From Candidatus Fraserbacteria bacterium (GTDB lineage Bacteria; Bipolaricaulota; Bipolaricaulia; RBG-16-55-9): 33,703 nt of DNA. Below, piece after piece: positions 26,628 through 33,703 of this stretch. The notes below the pieces were generated by a model. The model was not told the origin of the DNA and searched no databases. It saw only the letters and a list, made by a program, of their open reading frames with translations. The stretch covers positions 1 through 33,703 of the forward strand of contig JBBIPG010000018.1 in the NCBI GenBank assembly GCA_037442925.1, read 5' to 3'. A program made the translations under genes and the position numbers. The first letter of the stretch is position 1; each line of letters begins with the position of its first letter.

Positions 26628-26864
26628 CTAATCCAAATAGCGCTTTCGTTTGAATTCCCTCTTGCCAATGCCGTGTGCTTCGTACCAGTGCAGTTCGGCT
26701 CGACGGATTCGGACATTCACCAAGCGAATCATAGCGGTTCCTTTGAGTTTGCGCCAGCGACCGGGACCATACTGCTTTCGTAGACGTGCGATCTCTTGGA
26801 TAGCGTTTCCGGTCGCGATGGTTTCAACGTTATCGATCTCGTCGATGATCTCGAAGGGCTTCAT
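26628..26864 (-). CDS. Conserved hypothetical protein, putative toxin (basic)
   Basis: ETIATGNAIQEIARLRKQYGPGRWRKLKG...AELHWYEAHGIGKREFKRK. Confidence 0.78.
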   Translation of the reverse strand: MKPFEIIDEIDNVETIATGNAIQEIARLRKQYGPGRWRKLKGTAMIRLVNVRIRRAELHWYEAHGIGKREFKRKRYLD

Positions 26865-26874
26865 TCACTCACGG

Positions 26875-27636
26875 TCACAAAGCGACTTCTTTCTTCAGCT
26901 CCCGTGCCCTCTCCCACTCACTGAGGAGCAATACTTCTTCTCGAAGTTCCCCCAGCGAGTGTTGATACCCTTCACGGAGCGCATCCATGAGGTCCTTCAT
27001 AGAGAGCGGCCATCCCAACTCCGCAGCAACTGTTGTCATCGTATCTCTTCTCAGATGCGTTGGCTGACCCGCTTGCTCATAGAACTCCGAGATTCTTTGT
27101 ATCATTTCGTTCAGATCACAATCGACGAGGATTGTCCCGTGAACGATGATGAATCCACGCTTTTGAACTTGCGCCGTGCCCACAAGCTTTCTTCCGTTCA
27201 CAGCAAGATCATACGGTCCATCGCAAAATGCCCCCTCTATGTGCTTAAACCCCGTTTCGATGCCCAAGGCGCGCAGTCCCAGTATCAGACCTTCCGAGAA
27301 TTGTAGATACGTCTCCGGAATCCCGAACTTGAGAGACTGTTTCGGAGCAATGATAGAAAAATTGAGATAGCCTGCGTCTTGCCAGATGGCCTTGCCTCCA
27401 CTCATCCTCTGAACGATCTCGATCCTCTGGCTCTTCATGTATTGCACGGCGTCCCGAAAATAAGGGAGGCGATTGTCAAAACGCCCGACAGCCAAGCACC
27501 GAGCCGGCTGCCAGAGACGCACCGTCGCTGGAGCTTTTCCTTCGCTTATATGCTCCGCAATCGCAAGATCCAGAGCGTAGTTGAGTGACGGGTCATTCGT
27601 TTGCTCCGCTCTTGTAAACCGCCACGGTTCCCTCAC
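26875..27636 (-). CDS. Lipoate ligase family protein, LipL-like (lipoyl/octanoyl-GcvH amidotransferase)
   Basis: VRLWQ, QRMSGGKAIWQDAGYLNFSI, AFCDGPYDLAVNGRKLVGTAQ. No LplA C-terminal accessory domain. Confidence 0.82.
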   Translation of the reverse strand: MREPWRFTRAEQTNDPSLNYALDLAIAEHISEGKAPATVRLWQPARCLAVGRFDNRLPYFRDAVQYMKSQRIEIVQRMSGGKAIWQDAGYLNFSIIAPKQSLKFGIPETYLQFSEGLILGLRALGIETGFKHIEGAFCDGPYDLAVNGRKLVGTAQVQKRGFIIVHGTILVDCDLNEMIQRISEFYEQAGQPTHLRRDTMTTVAAELGWPLSMKDLMDALREGYQHSLGELREEVLLLSEWERARELKKEVAL

Positions 27637-27640
27637 GGTG

Positions 27641-28465
27641 TCACACCCATTTCAGAATGTAGTGCAGGTAAAAGTAGAAGGCAGGTAACGCAAAGATCAG
27701 GCTGTCTATGCGATCCAACATTCCCCCATGACCGGGGAAAAACGTGCCGGAATCTTTCACGTTGGCCGTGCGCTTGAGCTTCGATTCGAAGAGATCTCCC
27801 AGTTGGGCAAGAATACTAATGATCAAAGAGAGCGCGAATCCGTGCAGTGCGGCATCTTGTAGTGAAAGCGCCCACGGCCACCAGTAGAGAGCGAGCCACC
27901 CCATACCAAACATGAGTAGCCAGCCAGCGAGAACTCCTTCCCAGCTCTTCTTCGGGCTCAGGGGAGGGTAGAGCTTATGCTTCCCCCATAGGGAGCCCAC
28001 GATGTATGCCCCCGTGTCGTACGTCCACACGAGCACGAGCAGCAAGAGCAAGTAGTAGAAACCTTGCTCCGGTCGATAGAGAGGATAAAAAAAGTGCAGA
28101 AGGAACGGCAGATAGAACAATCCCAAAATTGCGCAAGCTCCTTCCTTAAGGCCCTCAGAGCGCCACAGATAGGTGACAAGCAAGAGCAGTGCGCCCGATG
28201 TGAAGATGAAAGGCGCATGCAGCTCGCTCATAACGCCATACGCGACGACGGAGAGGATGCTGATGATGGTGAAAGAGAAACGCTCCAACGCGACGCCGCT
28301 TTGCACCATGAGCTTGGCGTATTCCCAGCTCGCTACGGCTGTCGCAAGTGCCAATAGAAGCACAACCAGCCAGAATTGATCGTGTGCTTTCGCGATCCAT
28401 AGCCAGCCGAGCAGTAAGGGGATCCCAAGGAAAACTGTGAGAACTCTTGGAACGAATCCAGCCAT
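27641..28465 (-). CDS. cdsA: Phosphatidate cytidylyltransferase
   Basis: WTYDTGAY, SPKKSWEG, GDLFESKLKR..VKDSGTFFPGHGGMLDRIDS. Confidence 0.95.
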   Translation of the reverse strand: MAGFVPRVLTVFLGIPLLLGWLWIAKAHDQFWLVVLLLALATAVASWEYAKLMVQSGVALERFSFTIISILSVVAYGVMSELHAPFIFTSGALLLLVTYLWRSEGLKEGACAILGLFYLPFLLHFFYPLYRPEQGFYYLLLLLVLVWTYDTGAYIVGSLWGKHKLYPPLSPKKSWEGVLAGWLLMFGMGWLALYWWPWALSLQDAALHGFALSLIISILAQLGDLFESKLKRTANVKDSGTFFPGHGGMLDRIDSLIFALPAFYFYLHYILKWV

Positions 28466-28468
28466 GCC

Positions 28469-29245
28469 TTAGGGCTCTGCGAGTGCGCCAAACTTGCGCC
28501 GCCGACATTGATAGGCCTCGATGGCATCCAGAAGCTCCTCAGGTGTGAAATCGGGCCAGAGCGTTTTGGTGACCCAGAACTCGGTGTAGGCAATCTGCCA
28601 CAGGAGAAAATTGCTGATCCGCTCCTCGCCGCTTGTGCGGATGAGTAGGTCAGGATCAGGTAAGTCAGCTGTGTAGAGATATCTCCGGAAGAGGGTTTCA
28701 TCGATGGGCTCACCGTTGAGGCGGCCATTCATGCGATCGAACACGATCTGCTGGACAGCACGCAGGATCTCTTGTCGCCCCCCATAGTTGAAGGCAATGT
28801 TGAGATGAAAGCGATCGTTAGCCTCAGTCAGTTTCACTGCCCGTTCAATCTCTGCACGAATCGGGGCAGGCACTCCTTCTAGATCCCCTAAGACCCTCAA
28901 CCTCACTTTGTTCTCTTCAAGCATCTTGAGTTTCTCATCGAGAAACTCTCGAATGAGATCCATAAGATGTTGGACCTCATCGGGAGGCCGGTTCCAGTTC
29001 TCAGTGGAGAAGGCGTAGAGTGTCAAGTATTGGATTTGCAGCTCTTCGCCTACGAAGCGGACGATGCGCTCGGCCGCCTCCATCCCCTGATGATGGCCGG
29101 ACATACGCGACTGGCCACGCAGCTTGGCCCAGCGGCCGTTGCCGTCCATGATGATCGCGATGTGTCGAGGCAGCTCGCGTCCGCGAATCTGAGAGAGACG
29201 CACACTCAAATCCCTAGAGCTTTGCACAGTTACGTCTGTGTGCAT
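28469..29245 (-). CDS. uppS: Undecaprenyl diphosphate synthase (isoprenyl transferase)
   Basis: HIAIIMDGNGRWA, YAFSTENWNRP, FNYGGRQEI, DLLIRTSGEERISNFLLWQ. AGGGGAGG RBS before the ATG at 29245. Confidence 0.96.
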   Translation of the reverse strand: MHTDVTVQSSRDLSVRLSQIRGRELPRHIAIIMDGNGRWAKLRGQSRMSGHHQGMEAAERIVRFVGEELQIQYLTLYAFSTENWNRPPDEVQHLMDLIREFLDEKLKMLEENKVRLRVLGDLEGVPAPIRAEIERAVKLTEANDRFHLNIAFNYGGRQEILRAVQQIVFDRMNGRLNGEPIDETLFRRYLYTADLPDPDLLIRTSGEERISNFLLWQIAYTEFWVTKTLWPDFTPEELLDAIEAYQCRRRKFGALAEP

Positions 29246-29307
29246 GATGGGTTTGCCTCCCCTGCTCGATGTATGAAGAACCGAATTACCCAAGACAGTG
29301 ATTGCCT

Positions 29308-31947
29308 CTAGACCCCCAAGAGTTCGAGGTTCTTCTCCAAACGCTCCACCTTTGCGGCCAGTTCTTCGGACTTGGCCTTCTCCTTGTCAACGATCTCCTT
29401 GGGTGCTTTGGCCAAGAACTCGACACTGTTGAGCTGTCGTTCGGTGCTCGCGAGCTTCTGGCGAAGTTCTTCCAGCTCATGGCGTAATTGATCCCGTTGC
29501 CGGTCAAGATCGATCAAGCTATCCAAGGAAACGAAGACTTCTGCGTATTCCAGCACTTTGCGCGGGGCCTGCTTGGGCCTCTGGACCTTCGCCCCGACAC
29601 TCAACTCCTTTACCCAGGCCAGATCTTGGAAGAAGCTCTCGTGCTCCCGAATCAACCTTTCCACCGCGGGCTCTTCCGTTCGAATGAGGACCTTAGCCTG
29701 CTTGCCGGGCGGGACATTGAGCGCGGAGCGGATCGTGCGGATGGAGACGATCAGCTCCTGCAGAATATTCATGGAACGTTCTGCTTCTGGATCGAGCCAT
29801 GCCGACTCCGGACGCGGGAAGGGGGCGATCATCACGCTCTCCGCCTCCTTCTCAGGGAGCTTTTGCCAGAGCTCTTCCGTGAGGAAGGGAATATAGGGAT
29901 GAAGCAACTTCAGGGTCTCCCTGAGGGTTCGATGTAAAACGTACTGAGCGGCTCTCTTGTCGGAAGCACCTTCCGTCAAACGCGGCTTGATCAGTTCGAG
30001 ATACCAGTCACAGAAGTCGTGCCAGATGAAATCATACAGCGTGCTCCCAACGACGTTAAATTCGTAGCTGTCGAGATGCGCTCTCACTGCCTCGATGGTC
30101 CTCGCCAGCTTGGAGAGGAGCCAGCGATCTTCCAGCTGAAGTGGCAGCTGCTTGAGAGTCAGGCCCTTGGCTGAAAACCCTTCGAGGTTCATGAGCGCAA
30201 AGCGCGTGGCGTTCCAGATCTTGTTCAAGAACTTGCGGGCACCTTCCACATCCGCGAGCGAGAGTCTTAGATCTTGACCTTGACTCATGGAATAAGCGAG
30301 CGTAAAGCGAACGGCATCCATGCCGTACTGGTCTTTGAGTTCGAGCGGGTCAACGCCGGTGCCCAACGACTTGCTCATGCGGCGTCCCTTCTCATCCTTG
30401 ACGATGGAGTGGAACAAGACCACTCGGAAGGGGATCTTGCCCATGAAGTGCAACCCCATCATGATCATGCGTGCCACCCAGAAGAAGATGATGTCCGGCG
30501 CCGTGCTGAGATACGACGTGGGATAGAAATAGGTGAGTTCAGGCGTCTTCTCCGGCCAACCCATGATGGAAAAGGGCCAAAGTGCCGAAGAAAACCATGT
30601 GTCCAGCACACCCTCGTCTTGCTGAATGTTCTTAGAAGAACATGCGGAACAAGCCTTGGGTGTCTTGCGACTGACGGTCAATTCCCCACAATCATCGCAA
30701 TGCCATGCTGGAATACGATGGCCCCACCAGAGCTGCCGGGAGATGCACCAATCCTTGATGTTCTCCATCCAGTCGAAGTAGATCTTCTCCCAACGCTTGG
30801 GGATGAACTCGATCTCGCCCTTACGAACGGCCTGGATGGCGGGTTTTGCCAACTCCGTCATCTTCATGAACCACTGCTTCGAAAGAATGGGTTCAACGAC
30901 CGTGTGGCATCGCTGGCAATGGCCGATGGCATAGACATAGAGCTCTTCTTTGATCAGTCGCTCCTCACGCTTTAGATCTTCGAGGACTCGCTTGCGGCAC
31001 TCGTAGCGATCCAAGCCCTGATAGGATCCGGCTTTTTCGTTGGTCGTGGCGTCGGCATTGAAAATGTTGATCATCTCCAGCTGATGTCGCTGGGCGATCT
31101 CGAAATCCACGGCATCGTGGGCGGGTGTCACTTTGAGGGCTCCGGTCCCGAACTCGCGATCCACAGCCTCATCGGCAATCAGGGGCAGCTTGCGCCTGAG
31201 GAGCGGCAGTATGGCCGTCTTCCCAACGAGCTTCTCATAGCGCTCGTCTTTGGGGTGAACGGCCACGGCTGTATCTGCCAGCATGGTTTCTGGCCGCGTG
31301 GTGGCAATGACTATTGCTTCTTCAGAGTCCTCGATGGGATACGCGATGTGATAGAGCCTGCCTTCGCTCTCTTCATCCGTGACTTCAATATCAGAAAGAG
31401 CCGTCTGACAACGTGGGCACCAGTTGATGATCCGCTCACCCTGGTAGATATAGCCCTCTTCGTAGAGGCGAACAAAGACCTCTCGCACGGCTTTGGAAAG
31501 ACCCTCGTCCAGCGTAAAGCGCTCGCGCTCCCAATCGCAGGAGCAGCCCATGGCCTTGAGCTGCTCACGAATGCGATGGCCATACTTCTCTTTCCAAGAC
31601 CAGACTCTCTCGATGAACTTCTCACGCCCCAGATCATGGCGGGTGAGCCCCTCCTTAGCCAACTCACGCTCGACTACGTTTTGGGTGGCGATCCCTGCGT
31701 GGTCTGTTCCCGGAAACCAGCAAGCCTCGTAGCCATCCATGCGCTTATAGCGAATGATGATGTCTTGAAGCGTGTTATTGAGTGCATGACCAAAATGAAG
31801 TTCTCCGGTGACGTTCGGAGGCGGAATGACGATAGAAAAGGGGTTCCTCTTCGGGTTGACTTGGCCCCGAAAATACCCCCTCTCTTCCCAGAACCGATAC
31901 CAGCGGTCTTCGACGCCTTTGTGTTCGTAGGCCTTGGGCAGCGACAT
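29308..31947 (-). CDS. valS: Valine--tRNA ligase
   Basis: PPPNVTGELHFGHAL (HIGH), GTDHAGIATQ, DWCISRQLWWGHRIP, RMSKS (KMSKS), C-terminal coiled coil. Start reassigned to MSLPKAY at 31947. Confidence 0.97.
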   Translation of the reverse strand: MSLPKAYEHKGVEDRWYRFWEERGYFRGQVNPKRNPFSIVIPPPNVTGELHFGHALNNTLQDIIIRYKRMDGYEACWFPGTDHAGIATQNVVERELAKEGLTRHDLGREKFIERVWSWKEKYGHRIREQLKAMGCSCDWERERFTLDEGLSKAVREVFVRLYEEGYIYQGERIINWCPRCQTALSDIEVTDEESEGRLYHIAYPIEDSEEAIVIATTRPETMLADTAVAVHPKDERYEKLVGKTAILPLLRRKLPLIADEAVDREFGTGALKVTPAHDAVDFEIAQRHQLEMINIFNADATTNEKAGSYQGLDRYECRKRVLEDLKREERLIKEELYVYAIGHCQRCHTVVEPILSKQWFMKMTELAKPAIQAVRKGEIEFIPKRWEKIYFDWMENIKDWCISRQLWWGHRIPAWHCDDCGELTVSRKTPKACSACSSKNIQQDEGVLDTWFSSALWPFSIMGWPEKTPELTYFYPTSYLSTAPDIIFFWVARMIMMGLHFMGKIPFRVVLFHSIVKDEKGRRMSKSLGTGVDPLELKDQYGMDAVRFTLAYSMSQGQDLRLSLADVEGARKFLNKIWNATRFALMNLEGFSAKGLTLKQLPLQLEDRWLLSKLARTIEAVRAHLDSYEFNVVGSTLYDFIWHDFCDWYLELIKPRLTEGASDKRAAQYVLHRTLRETLKLLHPYIPFLTEELWQKLPEKEAESVMIAPFPRPESAWLDPEAERSMNILQELIVSIRTIRSALNVPPGKQAKVLIRTEEPAVERLIREHESFFQDLAWVKELSVGAKVQRPKQAPRKVLEYAEVFVSLDSLIDLDRQRDQLRHELEELRQKLASTERQLNSVEFLAKAPKEIVDKEKAKSEELAAKVERLEKNLELLGV

Positions 31948-32041
31948 ACCTTCTCTCACCCTTGAGATCAAATGAAGCGGATCACATGATAACGCATTCC
32001 GCAAGGGAAGATCAAGGACGGAGTTCCTGTAGGCCGGTCCA

Positions 32042-32464
32042 TTAGGCTATGAATTCTTCGGGTTTGAAGAACCGCTCTATTTCTATCTTCGCCGATTCCG
32101 GGGAGTCCGAGCCGTGGATGAGATTGGCCGTAAGATCCAGTCCGAAGTCCCCTCGGATGGTACCCGGCGTGGCCTGGAAGGGGTTGGTCGCACCCATCAT
32201 CTGCCGGACCACCGTGATGGCTTGTGGGCCTTCAACGACCATGGCAACTACAGGCCCCCGCGTGATGAACCCGATCAGCTCTTGGAAGAACGGTTTCTCA
32301 CGGTGTTCGGCGTAGTGGCGCTCGGCCAACGCTTTGTCTACGCGTAGGAGTTTCAGGGCTATGATATTCAAGTTCTTGCTCTCCAAGCGGCGAATGAGTT
32401 CTCCCACAAGACGTCTCTCAACAGCATCCGGCTTGAGCAGAACGAATGTCCTTTGCCTTTCCAT
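32042..32464 (-). CDS. ndk: Nucleoside diphosphate kinase
   Basis: RTFVLLKPDAV, GATNP, PGTIRGDFG, NLIHGSDS. GAGGTG RBS before the ATG at 32464. Confidence 0.97.
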   Translation of the reverse strand: MERQRTFVLLKPDAVERRLVGELIRRLESKNLNIIALKLLRVDKALAERHYAEHREKPFFQELIGFITRGPVVAMVVEGPQAITVVRQMMGATNPFQATPGTIRGDFGLDLTANLIHGSDSPESAKIEIERFFKPEEFIA

Positions 32465-32527
32465 TACCAAAACACCTCACGATGATAAAGACGTCGGATA
32501 TGCTGAATCTTTACACGATCCCTGCTA

Positions 32528-33637
32528 TCAAGGCAACTTGGCGTAGCGTTTGCCCTCCAGCTCCTTCACGAAATCCTTCATGATCAGCTGCAAGAGGGCA
32601 TACGAGGCTTCTGTGGGCGAGAGGCACGCTCGCTCCACCACATCGTTGAAATGGAGCGGCTCATACTCCAACACACGAAAGACTTGGTCCTCAACGGGAG
32701 AGAGCGCTGGGCGAGGCTCTTGTGGTCGTGATCCGCGGGAGGCCAGCGTCTCTTTGAGATCAGCAAACTCAACGAGAATATCGTCAATATCTGTCACGAG
32801 CTTGGCGCCCTGTTGAATGAGTTGATGCGTGCCTTTGCTGGCCTCCTCGGTGATAGGCCCTGGGACGGCGAAGACCTCTCGACCTTGATCGAGGGCGTAT
32901 TTGGCCGTGATGAGGGCACCGCTTCGTTGGGGAGCCTCGACTACAATGGTTCCGCGAGATAGGCCGCTGATGATGCGATTCCGTCTGGGAAAGGTCCAGC
33001 GATCGGGCAGGGTCTTAAGCGAGAATTCGCTCATCACGGCACCGGAGCGCGCGATCTCCTCAATGAGATTTCTATTCTCCTGAGGATAGATATGGAGAAA
33101 CCCGCCTCCCAGCACGGCAATCGTGCGTGCATTGGCTGCCAAAGCCCCACGGTGAGCGGCTGTGTCAATGCCGAGAGCTAGACCGCTGACGACGGTAAAA
33201 CCCATCTGTCCGAGCTCTCGTGCGAGTTTTTCGGCAATCATCACGCCATAGGGCGACGGACGCCGTGTGCCCACCATCGCGATTGCTAGTTCATCTTTAT
33301 CGATGTAGTCGCCTTTCACATAGAGCACCGGCGGCGCATCTTCAAGAGCCCGCAGAGCCTTGGGATAACTCGCATCCATAAGAGTGATCACGTTCAGGCC
33401 TCGTGCCTGGATCTCATGCAATTCCAGATCCATATTCGCGCGCTCGCGATGGCGCACGAAGGTTTCCGCGGATCGAGCGAACTCGTGGACCTCTTTGAGC
33501 TGTGCCAACGAGGCTTCCCAAATCTCCTGAGGAGATGAAAAATGTTCGAGGAGCACCTTGAATTTCTTAGGCGTCAGATTCGGGATGAGATTGAGCGCGA
33601 TCCAATAGCGTTTTTCTTGAAACCCGCCATCATTCAT
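32528..33637 (-). CDS. dprA: DNA-processing protein DprA
   Basis: PPVLYVKG, VGTRRPSPYG, VVSGLALGIDTAAH, FPRRNRIISGLS, VVEAPQRSGALITA, C-terminal winged helix. Confidence 0.96.
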   Translation of the reverse strand: MNDGGFQEKRYWIALNLIPNLTPKKFKVLLEHFSSPQEIWEASLAQLKEVHEFARSAETFVRHRERANMDLELHEIQARGLNVITLMDASYPKALRALEDAPPVLYVKGDYIDKDELAIAMVGTRRPSPYGVMIAEKLARELGQMGFTVVSGLALGIDTAAHRGALAANARTIAVLGGGFLHIYPQENRNLIEEIARSGAVMSEFSLKTLPDRWTFPRRNRIISGLSRGTIVVEAPQRSGALITAKYALDQGREVFAVPGPITEEASKGTHQLIQQGAKLVTDIDDILVEFADLKETLASRGSRPQEPRPALSPVEDQVFRVLEYEPLHFNDVVERACLSPTEASYALLQLIMKDFVKELEGKRYAKLP

Positions 33638-33703
33638 AATCCGTGTGCACTACACAAGGCTTTTGATATACTATTATAAGCCTGATGCATAGGAGCCAGT
33701 GAT

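Noticed and set aside
18687..26864. Accessory zone as an integrated mobile element or prophage
   Set aside because: No integrase, transposase, tRNA target or flanking direct repeats were seen by eye, and the RM start overlaps the stop of the upstream epimerase gene.
30368..30382. ValS RMSKS instead of KMSKS
   Set aside because: Conservative change at the first position with the catalytic second Lys retained, so this is ordinary variation.
30274..31965. Long plus-strand ORFs (233 and 293 aa) opposite valS, and similar antisense ORFs opposite polA, gcvP and the ABC genes
   Set aside because: Antisense shadows of well-supported genes, expected in moderately GC-rich DNA.
31948..32041. Possible T-box leader for valS
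   Set aside because: Only about 95 nt separate ndk and valS, with no T-box consensus or terminator.
1..33703. CRISPR arrays, rRNA, tRNA or long tandem repeats
   Set aside because: None seen. The intergenic gaps are short and non-repetitive.

Overview
Bacterial chromosomal window, mostly housekeeping and tightly packed. The gene style suggests a deep-branching lineage such as Ca. Bipolaricaulota/Acetothermia, but that is only an impression. Left part: end of a branched-chain amino-acid ABC permease, a Tat-exported substrate-binding protein, a clan AA aspartic protease, gcvH-gcvPA-gcvPB, a yceD-ruvC-polA run, a DoxX / membrane protein / SDH Clp-fold protease cluster, folP, a SLOG/MoCo-carrier protein, a thioesterase, and a Fur/PerR regulator followed by a Fe3+ ABC transporter and EamA. 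Right part: dprA-ndk-valS-uppS-cdsA-lipL-like on the minus strand. Between about 18.7 and 26.9 kb lies an accessory zone. The main finding there is a Type IIG (Eco57I-like) restriction-modification gene split into a large catalytic part and a separate C-terminal helical part. Two cargo genes, a 71-aa ORF and a second SDH Clp-fold serine protease, sit between the halves and are co-oriented with them, so this is a candidate RM-embedded protease defence module. The zone also holds a c-di-GMP-I (GEMM) riboswitch-like element whose P3 contains the RBS and start codon of a small membrane gene and whose usual 3' strand is missing. A probable unnamed toxin/immunity gene pair and a truncated GNAT remnant absent from the ORF track are also present. 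No CRISPR array, rRNA, tRNA, transposase or integrase was seen.
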